DNA from: Verrucomicrobiota bacterium
GTDB lineage: Bacteria; Verrucomicrobiota; Kiritimatiellia; CAIQIC01; JAGNIJ01
Direction of reading: 5' to 3'
Assembly: GCA_022710725.1 (NCBI GenBank)
Contig: JAKLGK010000001.1
Coordinates: 113,010-177,009 of the forward strand
DNA: 64,000 bases
The translations under genes were made by a program, and so were the position numbers. Of the stretch, positions 10,181 to 19,991 are shown piece after piece; the first letter of the stretch is position 1; every line of letters begins with the position of its first letter. The notes below the pieces were generated by a model. That model saw only the letters and a program-made list of their open reading frames with translations, had not been told where the DNA came from and did no database searches.

Positions 10181-11509
10181 CTACCGGCCCTTCCGGATCA
10201 ACCTTTTTTGCATGTGCTTGAACTGCCGGGCCATGCGCCGCGCCTGTTCAAACTGGTGGAGCACGGTGTTCACGTCCTGCACCGTGGTCCCGCTGCCCGC
10301 GGCAATTCTCCGGCGGCGGCCGGCGTTCAGGATGTCCGGATTCCGCCGTTCGCCCGGGGTCATGCTGCGTATGATGGCCTCGGTCCGCTTCCAGTCCTCG
10401 GTCACCTTCCCGGCCTGCTCCGGCCGGATGCGGCCGCGCAACATATCAGCCCCCGGCATCATTTCAAGCAGATTCTCCATGGGCCCCATCTTCTTGACCT
10501 GCTGGATCTGCGTCAGGAAATCCTCCAGCGTGAACCGGTCCTCCAGGAGGCGCTCCTGCATCCGCTCCATTTCCTCCTGATCCACAACCTGTTGCGCCTT
10601 TTCCACCAGGCTGATGACATCCCCCATCCCCAGGATCCGGGAGGCCATCCGGTCCGGGTGAAAAGGCTCTAGGTTGTCCAGCCGCTCCCCCGTCCCGGTC
10701 ATGAGCACCGGGCAGCCGGTAACCGCGTGAACGGACAGGGCCGCGCCGCCGCGCGCATCGCCGTCGAGTTTCGTCAGGATCAGGCCGGTCAGCCCGACCT
10801 CTTTGTGGAACGTCTCGGCCACGTGGACGGATTCCTGCCCGATGGCCGCGTCCAGCACCAGGACGACGTTTCCCGGGTTCACGGTTTCCCGCAGGGCCCG
10901 GACCTCGGCCACCAGTTCGGCATCCATTTGGGAGCGGCCGCCCGTATCAAAAAGGACAACGTCGCACGCCTCGCGGCCGGCCCGATCGAGGGCCCGCCGC
11001 CCCAGGACCGGCAAGTCCTCGCCCGGCTCCGGCGGGCAGAACGCCACCCCGGCCTGGCCGGCGAGGATGCGGAGCTGGTCCACGGCGGCCGGCCGGCGCA
11101 GATCGCAGGCCACCAGCAGGACGGACTTGCCTCTCTTCATCCAGGCGCGCGCCAGCTTGGCCGCCGTGGTCGTCTTTCCCGCGCCGTGCAGGCCCAGCAG
11201 GAGCACGGAAGCCGGCCGGCCGGACAAATCGAAATCCCGTGTGGCGCCGCCCAGCAGCGCGACCAGTTCGTCGTGCACGATCTTGACCATCTGCTGGCCG
11301 GGCGTGATGCTCTCCAGCACCTCGCGGCCCATGGCCTTCTCCTTGACCCTGCTGATGAAATCGCGGGCGACCTGGTAGTTGACGTCGGCCTCGAGCAGGG
11401 CCAGCCGGACCTCCCGCAGCGCGTCCTGGACGTTGCGCTCCGAGAGCTTGCCCAGGCCGCGCCACTTTTTGAACAGCCCCTGCAGGGCCCCTGTAAGCTT
11501 GTCGAACAT
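10181..11509 (-). CDS. ffh: signal recognition particle protein Ffh
   Basis: N-terminus is 'MFDKLTGALQGLFKK'. The G-domain has 'GLHGAGKTTTAAKLA' and 'DTGGR', followed by an M-domain. The 183-aa upstream extension in the 625-aa ORF is rejected. Start is ATG at 11509. Confidence 0.9.
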   Translation of the reverse strand: MFDKLTGALQGLFKKWRGLGKLSERNVQDALREVRLALLEADVNYQVARDFISRVKEKAMGREVLESITPGQQMVKIVHDELVALLGGATRDFDLSGRPASVLLLGLHGAGKTTTAAKLARAWMKRGKSVLLVACDLRRPAAVDQLRILAGQAGVAFCPPEPGEDLPVLGRRALDRAGREACDVVLFDTGGRSQMDAELVAEVRALRETVNPGNVVLVLDAAIGQESVHVAETFHKEVGLTGLILTKLDGDARGGAALSVHAVTGCPVLMTGTGERLDNLEPFHPDRMASRILGMGDVISLVEKAQQVVDQEEMERMQERLLEDRFTLEDFLTQIQQVKKMGPMENLLEMMPGADMLRGRIRPEQAGKVTEDWKRTEAIIRSMTPGERRNPDILNAGRRRRIAAGSGTTVQDVNTVLHQFEQARRMARQFKHMQKRLIRKGR

Positions 11510-11523
11510 GGGCGTGGGTCGGG

Positions 11524-11994
11524 TCAGCGAACCGGCCCGCCTGGTGACGGGGCGTCGGGGACAGGGTTCGTGGATTCCTCGTCCATCCGAACGAGCCCCC
11601 GGCCGCCGCACCGTTCGCAGAAATGGGGGGGATTCACCTCGTCCCAGATCCGGCTCATCCCGCCACAGGCGGGGCAGATTACGTCCCGGTTGTCCACGCG
11701 CCGGATGTACGCGCCCCCGCGGCCCTGGCAGATCGGGCACAGCGTGCGCTCGCCGGGCTTGTCCGCGGACGGAATGAAACCCATCTGACCGCACAGCTCG
11801 CACGGCAGGCGCTCGACGTACCAGGACGCCCCGACCCGGAACAGGGATTGCTTGTTCTGCGTGATCCAGCGCCACTGCATGAGGGCCACGAAAAACAGGA
11901 AAGGCAGCAGAATCGCCACGGCCAGTTGCTGCTTCCGGCCGAAGGCGGCGCGCTGTCCCAGGAGCGGTCCCGAGATTTTCCTGTACGGTTTCAT
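11524..11994 (-). CDS. membrane-anchored DnaJ-type zinc-finger (CxxCxGxG x4) protein
   Basis: One predicted TM helix (AVAILLPFLFFVALM) is followed by four CxxCxG motifs (CELCGQMG, CPICQGRG, CPACGGMS, CERCGGRG). Start is ATG at 11994 (MKPYRK). The GC-rich N-terminal extension of the ORF is rejected. Confidence 0.55.
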   Translation of the reverse strand: MKPYRKISGPLLGQRAAFGRKQQLAVAILLPFLFFVALMQWRWITQNKQSLFRVGASWYVERLPCELCGQMGFIPSADKPGERTLCPICQGRGGAYIRRVDNRDVICPACGGMSRIWDEVNPPHFCERCGGRGLVRMDEESTNPVPDAPSPGGPVR

Positions 11995-12854
11995 GTCCTG
12001 GCCCCGCAAACCACCCGATCGTGCCCGCCCAGGTCCTTCCGGACCTCGACGGACGCAAACCGGTCCGCTTCCAGCCGCCGGCGCACCGCGTCCGCCTGCC
12101 CGCGGCCCACTTCCAGAAATACTATCCCTCCCGACCGCAAGGATGTAAAGGCCTGCGGCACGAGACGCCCGATCACGTCCAGCCCGTCCTTCCCGCCGTC
12201 CAGGGCCGACCGGGGTTCGAAGTCGCGCACGGACCGGTCCAACTCCGCCCACTCCGCCGTGGGCACGTAGGGCGCGTTGGCGATCACGGCGTCCAGCGAG
12301 CCCGGCGGCACGCCTTCCAGCAGGTCGCCTTCCTCGAACTCGATCCGGCCTGCCAGCCCGAGCGCCGCCGCATTCTCCCGGGCGAGGGCCAGCGCTTCAG
12401 GCCGGAGGTCGCGGGCGAGATACCGCGCCCCGGGCCGCCTGGAGGCCAGCGCCAGGACGATACAGCCGGTCCCGGTGCCGATGTCGGCGATGGCCGGCCG
12501 CCGGCCGGACGCCCACAGCGCCGGGTGCGCCAGAACCGTCTCGACGAGCAACTCGGTTTCCGGCCGGGGAATCAACGCCCGGCGGTCCGTTTTCAGGACC
12601 AGGCCCATGAACTCCGCGTCGCCCAGGACGTACTGCAGCGGCTCGCTCTCCGCCAGCCGCCGGACATGGCCCTCGAACATGGACTCGACGGACAGGGGCA
12701 TGGCCTCGCGGGCGTGGAGCGGCAGTTCCAGCCGGCGGCATCCCAGCGCGCGGCCCAGGGCCCACTCGGCCTTGAGTCGCGCCTCGTCGATGCCGGCGGA
12801 TTCGAGGCGGCGCACCGCGACGGCCAGCACGTCGGAAACGAGGGGTTGGGACAC
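11991..12854 (-). CDS. prmC: release factor glutamine N5-methyltransferase PrmC/HemK
   Basis: Has the AdoMet motif 'IADIGTGTGCI' and 'VIANAPYV' (an NPPY-like motif). It is directly downstream of prfA. Confidence 0.85.
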   Translation of the reverse strand: MSQPLVSDVLAVAVRRLESAGIDEARLKAEWALGRALGCRRLELPLHAREAMPLSVESMFEGHVRRLAESEPLQYVLGDAEFMGLVLKTDRRALIPRPETELLVETVLAHPALWASGRRPAIADIGTGTGCIVLALASRRPGARYLARDLRPEALALARENAAALGLAGRIEFEEGDLLEGVPPGSLDAVIANAPYVPTAEWAELDRSVRDFEPRSALDGGKDGLDVIGRLVPQAFTSLRSGGIVFLEVGRGQADAVRRRLEADRFASVEVRKDLGGHDRVVCGART

Positions 12855-12867
12855 GCGGGACTCCCGG

Positions 12868-13950
12868 TCAGGTTTTCATCAATTGCTGGATTCTCGATCC
12901 GATATCGTACTCGCGCAAGGCCTCGACCACCGGCTCCAACCCGCCCTCCATGACGCGGTCCAGCGTGTAGATGGTCAGGTTGATCCGGTGGTCAGTCAGG
13001 CGGTTCTGCGGGAAATTGTAGGTGCGGATCCGCTCGCTGCGGTCGCCCGAACCCATCTGCGTCTTGCGCTCGTTGGACAGGCGGGCCTGTTCGGCGCTGC
13101 GGACCTGGTCGAGGATGCGGGCGCGCAGCACGCGCATGGCCTTCTCGCGGTTGCGCTGCTGGGACCGCTCGTCCTGGCACGTGACCACGGTATTGGTGGG
13201 CAGGTGGACGATCCGCACGGCGGAATCCGACTTGTTCACGCTCTGGCCGCCGGGCCCGGAGGCCCGGCAGTACTCGATCTTCAGCTCCTCCGGCTTGATC
13301 TCCACGTCCACCTCCTCGGCCTCGGGCAGCACGGCGACGGTCGCCGCGGAGGTATGGATGCGCCCGCCGGCCTCGGTCACCGGGATGCGCTGGACACGGT
13401 GCCCGCCGCTCTCGTAGCGCAGCGTGCGGAACACGTTCCGGCCCTCGACGGAAAAGATGATTTCCTTGTAGCCGCCGAGGCTCGACGGGCTGGCGTCGAT
13501 CAGGCCGGTCTTCCAGCCGCAGCGCTCGGCGTACTTGGTGTACATCCGGTAGAGGTCGCTCGCGAAGAGCGCGGCCTCCTCGCCGCCGGTGCCGGCCCGG
13601 ATTTCCATGATGGTGTTCCGGCTGTCGGCGGGATCGGACGGCAGCACGGTTTCGAGCAGCGCGCGCTCCGCCGGCGGCAGCTCGCGGTCGAGGCGCTCGA
13701 CTTCGGCGCGGGCCATTTCCAGCAGGTCCGGATCGCCCCCTTCCGCGCGGAGCATCGCCTCGCTGTCCTCGCGCTCCTTCTGCAGCCGGAAGTAGATGTC
13801 GGCGGCGCGGCGGATCTCCAGCAGGCGCGCGTGCTCCTGCAGCAGTTCCTGGAACCGCCTCTGGTTGGCGGCCGTCGCGGGATCGGCCAGCAGCGACTCG
13901 ATCTCCGCCAGCCGCGCCAGCCAGGCCTCGATATATTTGCGGTCCAGCAT
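12868..13950 (-). CDS. prfA: peptide chain release factor 1
   Basis: 'GGQ' lies in '[17 protein letters not shown]', with '[13 protein letters not shown]' also present. Start is chosen at Met-15 of the ORF (13950), giving 360 aa and an N-terminal spacing that matches RF1. Confidence 0.9.
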   Translation of the reverse strand: MLDRKYIEAWLARLAEIESLLADPATAANQRRFQELLQEHARLLEIRRAADIYFRLQKEREDSEAMLRAEGGDPDLLEMARAEVERLDRELPPAERALLETVLPSDPADSRNTIMEIRAGTGGEEAALFASDLYRMYTKYAERCGWKTGLIDASPSSLGGYKEIIFSVEGRNVFRTLRYESGGHRVQRIPVTEAGGRIHTSAATVAVLPEAEEVDVEIKPEELKIEYCRASGPGGQSVNKSDSAVRIVHLPTNTVVTCQDERSQQRNREKAMRVLRARILDQVRSAEQARLSNERKTQMGSGDRSERIRTYNFPQNRLTDHRINLTIYTLDRVMEGGLEPVVEALREYDIGSRIQQLMKT

Positions 13951-14136
13951 CTCTTCATCCGGGGAGTTCGCCACGGAGGACACAGAGGCCACGGAAGGAC
14001 CGGACCGGATTCGCCATCCGGCCGGACTCGCCTCGGCGCCCTCTGCGAACTCTGCGGTTCATCCGTCTTCGGGATTGGCCGGGAAAACAAAACGGGCCAG
14101 CCGTGTCCCGCGACATGACTGGCCCGCGAAAGGAAG

Positions 14137-14343
14137 CTAGCGAGCAGGCTTGGCGTAGCGCTTGCGGAAACGCTCGATGCGCCCCTCGGCGTCCAGGATC
14201 TTGGCCTGGCCCGTGAAGAACGGGTGGCAGCGCGAGCACGTGTTGATGTGCATTTCGCGCACGGTGGAACGGGTCTTGATCACGTTCCCGCACGCGCAGG
14301 AAATCGTGGCCTCCCCGTACTCGGGATGAATATCCTTTTTCAT
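14137..14343 (-). CDS. rpmE: 50S ribosomal protein L31
   Basis: 'MKKDIHPEY...[12 protein letters not shown]...[10 protein letters not shown]' matches L31. Confidence 0.9.
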   Translation of the reverse strand: MKKDIHPEYGEATISCACGNVIKTRSTVREMHINTCSRCHPFFTGQAKILDAEGRIERFRKRYAKPAR

Positions 14344-14483
14344 AACGCTCTCACAACCCTCGTGTTCCAGCCGCCCCGCGCGGCCGGGTTCTCGGACGAA
14401 GAGCGTGTACCATACCGTCCGCCCCGCCGCAGTTCAAGGCCCTTTTTTGCGGTTTTTTCGGCGTTTTTCCGCGCTCGTCCAAC

Positions 14484-14512
14484 TTGCCTGCCCCGGCCCG
14501 GTAACGTAGAAT
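14484..14512 (+). promoter_or_regulatory. putative sigma70 promoter (TTGCCT-17 bp-TAGAAT) for the cyclophilin gene
   Basis: -35 TTGCCT is at 14484-14489 and -10 TAGAAT at 14507-14512, with a 17-nt spacer. An AGGAG RBS precedes the ATG at 14560. Confidence 0.4.
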
Positions 14513-14559
14513 GCCGGGAAGTTCCGTTGTTTCGTTTCAACGCACAAACACAGGAGTCC

Positions 14560-15192
14560 ATGATGAGGTCCATCCTTGCCCCGTTCGGCCTGTTTCTTGT
14601 CCTCGGGTTTGCCGCCAAGGCCCAGCCGCCTGCCGAACCGCCCGCCGCGCCCGGGGAGACTCCGGCCCCGCCGCCGGAAGCAGCCCCCGCCGCCGCGCCC
14701 CGCGTGAAACTCCAGACCAGCATGGGCGACATCGTTCTCGAACTGGATCCCGCGAAGGCGCCGCTCTCGGTCGAAAACTTCCTGAAGTACGTGGACGACG
14801 GGCACTACAACGGCACGATCTTCCACCGCGTCATCAACGGCTTCATGATCCAGGGCGGCGGCTTCACCCGGAACATGCAGCAGAAACCGACCCGCGGGCC
14901 GGTCCGCAACGAGGCGGACAACGGGCTCAAGAACGCCCGCGGGACGATCGCCATGGCGCGCACCTCCGATCCCCACAGCGCGACGGCCCAGTTCTTCATC
15001 AGCGTCGTGGACAACGCCTCCCTGGACCACACGTCGCCCGACCCGCGCGGCTACGGCTACTGCGTGTTCGGCCGCGTGGTCGAGGGCCTGGACGTGGTGG
15101 ACAAGATCAAGGCCGTCCAGACGACCCAGCGCGGGCCGTTCGCGGACGTCCCGGCGGAGCCAATCGAGATCGTCGAGGCGAAGAGGCAATAG
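14560..15192 (+). CDS. ppiB: peptidyl-prolyl cis-trans isomerase, cyclophilin type (secreted)
   Basis: '[15 protein letters not shown]' and '[20 protein letters not shown]' are cyclophilin motifs. There is an N-terminal signal peptide. The upstream 112 codons of the ORF are rejected. Confidence 0.9.
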   Translation: MMRSILAPFGLFLVLGFAAKAQPPAEPPAAPGETPAPPPEAAPAAAPRVKLQTSMGDIVLELDPAKAPLSVENFLKYVDDGHYNGTIFHRVINGFMIQGGGFTRNMQQKPTRGPVRNEADNGLKNARGTIAMARTSDPHSATAQFFISVVDNASLDHTSPDPRGYGYCVFGRVVEGLDVVDKIKAVQTTQRGPFADVPAEPIEIVEAKRQ

Positions 15193-15218
15193 TAGGACGC
15201 GCTGGCCCAGCACACCGC

Positions 15219-15239
15219 GGCGGCTTGAGCCAAGCCGCC
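15219..15239 (+). terminator. short GC hairpin downstream of ppiB (no U-tract)
   Basis: GGCGGCTTG-agc-CAAGCCGCC is a 9-bp perfect stem with a 3-nt loop, 27 nt after the stop. It is followed by an A-rich rather than a T-rich tract, so its function is uncertain. Confidence 0.3.
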
Positions 15240-15274
15240 CTACCCGGACGCGCCCGAAACAAAAAAGGACTCGC

Positions 15275-16276
15275 ATGGCTTCCAACAAGAACAAGCGCTA
15301 TTGGGTCGGCTTCGACCTGGGCGGCACGAAGATGATGGCGACGGTCTTCAACGAGGGATTCAGGCCGCTGGCTTCGGAAAAGGTCAAGACCCGCGCACAG
15401 AGCGGTCCCCGGCAGGTGCTGTCCCGCCTGCTGGACACCATCCAGGCCGCCGTGGGCCAGGCGCATCTCAAGATGTCCGAGATAGCGGGCATCGGCGTGG
15501 GGTGCCCGGGCCCGCTGGACCTCGACCGAGGGGTGATCCTGACGGCGCCGAACTTGGGGTGGCGCAATGTGCCCCTGAAGAACACGTTGGAGAAGAGGTT
15601 CGGCTGCGCGGCAACGATCGCAAACGACGTGGACGCAGGGCTGTACGGCGAGTTCCGGTTCGGCGCGGCGCGGAAGGCCCGCTGCGCGCTGGGCGTTTTC
15701 CCGGGCACGGGCCTGGGCGGCGCCTGCGTCTACGAGGGGAAGCTGTTCCGGGGCAAAAAGGGCTCCTGCATGGAGATCGGGCATATTCCGGTCGAACGGG
15801 GCGGCCGGTTGTGCGGCTGCGGGCAGCGGGGGTGCCTCGAAACCGTCGCCAGCCGTCTGGCCATCGCGGCGGAGGCCGCCATGGCCGCGCACCGGGGCGA
15901 GGCTCCGCACCTGCTGGGACTCGCGGGCACCGACGTGGGCGCCATGAAGAGCGGCACACTGGCCAAGGCCATCGAGGCGGGGGATCGCGTGGTCGAGCAG
16001 ATCGTGCGCAACGCCGCGCAGAAGCTCGGCGGCGCCCTGGCCGGCGTGGTGAACCTGCTCGCGCCGGATGTCCTCGTCCTGGGCGGCGGGCTGGTGGAAG
16101 CCATGCCCAACCTGTTCCTGGGCGAAGTCCGCAAGGTGATCGAGGACAAGGCGATGAAGATGTACGCGGACGACCTGAAGATCATGCCCGCGAAGCTCGG
16201 CGACGCGGCGACGGCCATGGGCGCCGCCGCGCTCGTCGCCGACATGATCAAGGCGCGGGAGGAAGAGGACGCATGA
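15275..16276 (+). CDS. glk: ROK-family glucokinase (possibly polyphosphate/ATP-dependent)
   Basis: 'GFDLGGTK' ATP-binding motif and ROK Zn motif 'CGCGQRGCLE'. Confidence 0.85.
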   Translation: MASNKNKRYWVGFDLGGTKMMATVFNEGFRPLASEKVKTRAQSGPRQVLSRLLDTIQAAVGQAHLKMSEIAGIGVGCPGPLDLDRGVILTAPNLGWRNVPLKNTLEKRFGCAATIANDVDAGLYGEFRFGAARKARCALGVFPGTGLGGACVYEGKLFRGKKGSCMEIGHIPVERGGRLCGCGQRGCLETVASRLAIAAEAAMAAHRGEAPHLLGLAGTDVGAMKSGTLAKAIEAGDRVVEQIVRNAAQKLGGALAGVVNLLAPDVLVLGGGLVEAMPNLFLGEVRKVIEDKAMKMYADDLKIMPAKLGDAATAMGAAALVADMIKAREEEDA

Positions 16277-17886
16277 GCCCGGATCCCGTCCCGGCGCCCG
16301 AGAGCCCCGCGCCCCCGCGGAACGTCCGCATGGCCGCCGTCATCGACATCGGCGCCACGGCGATCCGCATGGAGATCGCCGAGATCGACAATCAGGGCGG
16401 CGTGCGCAAGCTGGACAGCCTCTCGCACGGCGTCCAGTTGGGCAAGGACACGTTCACCCGCGGGCGGATCCAGCAGTCCACGATCCAGGAGTGCGTGGAC
16501 GTCCTCAAGGGATTCCGGCGGGTCATGGACGAGTACGGCATCACGAAGCCGGAGCAGGTCCGGGCCGTGGCGACCAGCTCGGTGCGCGAGGCGCAGAACC
16601 GGGACACCTTCCTCGACCGCATCTACATCACGACGCGCATCAACGTGCGGGCGATCGACGAGGCGGAGGAGAACCGGCTGACCTTCATGGCCGCGCAGAC
16701 CGTCCTGGCGGACGAGCCCGAGTTGGAGACCGGGTCGCTCCTGGTCGCCGACGTGGGCGGCGGGAGCACGGAGCTGCTGCTGCTCCAGGAGGGGCACATC
16801 GTATTTTCGGATTCGTACCGGCTGGGCTCGCTCCGCATGCGGGAAACCCTGGAGACGCACCGGGCGACCACCGAACGCGTGCGGACCATCCTCGGCCAGC
16901 ACATCCAGCGGCTCGTCGAGCAGGTCGTGCGCAACCTGCCGGTCTCCACGGTCCCCGTCCTGGTCGCCATGTCGGGCGACGCGCATTTCGCCGCCGCGCA
17001 GCTCTGCCTGGACTGGTCCGAGCGGAAGACGGCGCGCCTCGACTACAAGGCCCTCGCGGGCCTCAACGACAAGCTGCTCCCGACCAGCGTCGCGAAGCTC
17101 GTGGGCAAGTACCAGCTGACCTACCAGGAGGCCGAGACCGTCGGCCCGGCGCTGCTGGTGTACCAGCACCTGGCGCTGGCGTTCAAGGCCGAGCACATCC
17201 TCGTGCCGAAGGCCAGCTTCCGGGACGGCCTGCTCAAGGAGATGACGCTGCGCGGCTACTGGACCGGCTCGTTCGCGGACCAGGTCCGCCATTCCGCCCT
17301 GGCCCTGGCGGAGAAGTACAACGTGGACGCCGCCCACGCGGCGCACGTCGCGGACCTGTGTGTGCGGCTGTTCCGGGAGCTGCAGCCCGAGCACCAGCTG
17401 GACCAGCGCTACGAACTCCTGCTCGAGGTCGCCGCGCGCCTCCACGAGGTCGGCGGCTTCATCAGCAGCCGCAGCCACCACAAGCACTCGCTCTACATCA
17501 TCCAGCACAGCGACCTCTTCGGCCTGACGCGCGAGGACCTGGCCATCGTCGCCCTGGTCGCCCGCTACCACCGGCGCGCCCTGCCCGCCGCGACGCATCC
17601 CGAGTACATGGCCCTGGGGCGCGACGACCGGATCACGGTGTCGAAGATGGCCGCGCTGCTCCGCGTCGCCGACGCGCTGGAGCGCAACCACCTGCAGCAG
17701 GTCCGCGACCTGGACTTCGCGCGCGAGCCGGGGCAGTTCGTCATCCGCGTGCGCAACGTCGAGGACCTGACCCTGGAGCGCCTGGCCCTCAAGGAAAAGG
17801 GCGGCCTGTTCGAGGAGGTCTACGGCATGCCGGCGGTGCTGAAGGAGGAGCGGTTCGAGGACGCGGAGGCGCGCGATGGCGCCTAA
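16273..17886 (+). CDS. ppx: exopolyphosphatase / guanosine pentaphosphate phosphohydrolase (Ppx/GppA)
   Basis: ASKHA N-terminal 'AAVIDIGATAIRMEI' and 'VADVGGGSTEL', plus a C-terminal HD-like region. ATG at 16273 overlaps the glk stop. The upstream 324 codons of the ORF are rejected. Confidence 0.85.
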   Translation: MSPDPVPAPESPAPPRNVRMAAVIDIGATAIRMEIAEIDNQGGVRKLDSLSHGVQLGKDTFTRGRIQQSTIQECVDVLKGFRRVMDEYGITKPEQVRAVATSSVREAQNRDTFLDRIYITTRINVRAIDEAEENRLTFMAAQTVLADEPELETGSLLVADVGGGSTELLLLQEGHIVFSDSYRLGSLRMRETLETHRATTERVRTILGQHIQRLVEQVVRNLPVSTVPVLVAMSGDAHFAAAQLCLDWSERKTARLDYKALAGLNDKLLPTSVAKLVGKYQLTYQEAETVGPALLVYQHLALAFKAEHILVPKASFRDGLLKEMTLRGYWTGSFADQVRHSALALAEKYNVDAAHAAHVADLCVRLFRELQPEHQLDQRYELLLEVAARLHEVGGFISSRSHHKHSLYIIQHSDLFGLTREDLAIVALVARYHRRALPAATHPEYMALGRDDRITVSKMAALLRVADALERNHLQQVRDLDFAREPGQFVIRVRNVEDLTLERLALKEKGGLFEEVYGMPAVLKEERFEDAEARDGA

Positions 17887-19990
17887 GGCCGACCGGTTTT
17901 TCAACCGGGAGTTGAGCTGGCTCGCCTTCAACCGGCGCGTGCTGGAGGAGGCGCAGGACGCCTCCCTGCCCCTGCTGGAGCGCCTGAAGTTCCTCGCCAT
18001 CACGAGCTCCAACCTCGACGAGTTCTTCATGATCCGGGTCGGCGGCCTCCAGCAGCTGCGGGCGCAGGGCTGGGACGGCGCGGACGCCTCCGGGCTGACC
18101 GTGAAGGAGCAGCTCGCCGAGATCGGCCAGGCCGTACGCGGCCTGATGGCGGACCAGTACGCGTGCCTGCTGAACGGCCTGGAGCCGCGGCTGGCCGAGC
18201 AGGGCATCCGCCGCATGGATCGCGGCAGCCTGACGCCGGAGCAGGACGGGTACGTGGAGGCGGTGTTCGAGCACGAGATCTTTCCGATCATCACGCCGAT
18301 GGCGGTGGACATCGAGGAGCCGTTCCCGCTGCTGCCCGGCCTCGGGCTCAACCTGTGCGTCCGGCTCAAGGCCGTCCGCGGCGCCGAGCTGCCGCGCTTC
18401 GCCGTCATCCCCCTGCCCCGCGGCCTGGCGCGGTTCGTCACCGTGCCCACCGACGCAGGCTTCCACTACCTGCCGATCGAGGACCTGGTCACCGCCTACC
18501 TCGACCGCGTGTTCCCCGGCGAGCCGATCCTGGAGTGCATCCCCTTCCGGATCACCCGCAACGCGGACTTGAGCGTGGCCGAGGACGCCGCGAGCGACCT
18601 GCTCTCGCAGATGAAGGAAGTCCTGACCGAGCGCAAGCGCAGCCCGTGCATCCGGCTCGAGATCGGCGACAAGCCGTCGGACATCCTGCTCGGCTTCCTG
18701 CGCAGCGCCCTCGACCTGTCGGACCAGGAGGTGTACCCCGCGCCCGGGCCGCTGGACCTCGCGGCATTTTACCGGCTGGCGAGCATGACGGGCTTCGACC
18801 ACCTGAAGATCGAGGACTGGCCGCCGCAGGCACCGCCGGACCTCCCGCCGCAGGAGCCGATGGTCGACGTCCTGGCGCGGCGCAACGTTCTGCTCTACCA
18901 CCCCTACGACAGCTTCGACCCGGTGGTGCGGTTCATCGAGGAAGCGGTGAACGATCCCAACGTGCTGGCCATCAAGCAGATCCTTTACCGGACGAGCGAG
19001 AACAGCCCGGTGGTCGCCGCCCTGGCGCGCGCGGCCGACCGCGGCAAGCACGTGACCGTGGTCGTGGAGCTCAAGGCCCGCTTCGACGAGGCGCGCAACA
19101 TCGGCTGGGCCACCGCGCTCGAGCACGCCGGCGTCCAGATCATCTACGGATTGAAGGGGCTGAAGACCCATGCGAAGATCTGCATCATCGTGCGCCGCGA
19201 GCCCGGCGGGATCCGCCGCTACGTGCATTTCGGGACCGGCAACTACAACGAGAAGACCGCGCGCCTGTACAGCGACATCAGCTTCATGACCTCGGACGAG
19301 GATTACGGCGCCGACGCGTCCTCGTTCTTCAACACCATCACCGGCTACTCCCAGCCCGTCCGCTACCGCAAGATCGAGGCCGCCCCCATCGGCCTGCGCG
19401 ACCGGCTCCTGGACCTGATCCAGAACGAGATCGAGCGCTGCAAGCAGGGCCAGCCCGCGCGGATCATGGCCAAGTTGAATTCCCTGGCCGATCCCGAGCT
19501 GATCCAGAAGCTCTACGAGGCCTCGAAGGCCGGCGTGAAGATCGAACTCAACGTTCGCGGTATCTGCTGCCTACGGCCCGGCGTGCCGGGCTTGAGCGAC
19601 CACATCACGGTCATCAGCATCCTGGACCGGTTCCTCGAGCACAGCCGCCTCTTCTACTTCCACAACGGCGGCGAGGAGCTGGTCTTCATCTCCAGCGCGG
19701 ACTGGATGCCGCGCAACCTCGACCGCCGCGTCGAGCTGCTGGTCCCGGTCGAGGATCCGGAAGGCCGGGCCCGCCTGGTATCGATCCTCGAAACGAGCCT
19801 CCAGGACAACGTCAAGGCGCGGCGGCTGCGTCCGGACGGGACGCACGAACGCCTGTCGGCCCCGGCGAAGCAGAAGGCCGTCCGCAGCCAGGAGGTCTTC
19901 TATCGCCGGGCCGTCGAGACCGCCCGCGCGGCGGCCTCCGCGTCGGGGCCCGTCTTCGAGCCGCACCGGCCGGCCGGGGCCCAGCCGTGA
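17876..19990 (+). CDS. ppk: polyphosphate kinase 1
   Basis: 'FFNRELSWLAFNRRVLEEA', with two PLD-like HKD regions ('THAKICII'). Start overlaps the ppx stop. Confidence 0.9.
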   Translation: MAPKADRFFNRELSWLAFNRRVLEEAQDASLPLLERLKFLAITSSNLDEFFMIRVGGLQQLRAQGWDGADASGLTVKEQLAEIGQAVRGLMADQYACLLNGLEPRLAEQGIRRMDRGSLTPEQDGYVEAVFEHEIFPIITPMAVDIEEPFPLLPGLGLNLCVRLKAVRGAELPRFAVIPLPRGLARFVTVPTDAGFHYLPIEDLVTAYLDRVFPGEPILECIPFRITRNADLSVAEDAASDLLSQMKEVLTERKRSPCIRLEIGDKPSDILLGFLRSALDLSDQEVYPAPGPLDLAAFYRLASMTGFDHLKIEDWPPQAPPDLPPQEPMVDVLARRNVLLYHPYDSFDPVVRFIEEAVNDPNVLAIKQILYRTSENSPVVAALARAADRGKHVTVVVELKARFDEARNIGWATALEHAGVQIIYGLKGLKTHAKICIIVRREPGGIRRYVHFGTGNYNEKTARLYSDISFMTSDEDYGADASSFFNTITGYSQPVRYRKIEAAPIGLRDRLLDLIQNEIERCKQGQPARIMAKLNSLADPELIQKLYEASKAGVKIELNVRGICCLRPGVPGLSDHITVISILDRFLEHSRLFYFHNGGEELVFISSADWMPRNLDRRVELLVPVEDPEGRARLVSILETSLQDNVKARRLRPDGTHERLSAPAKQKAVRSQEVFYRRAVETARAAASASGPVFEPHRPAGAQP

Positions 19991-19991
19991 C

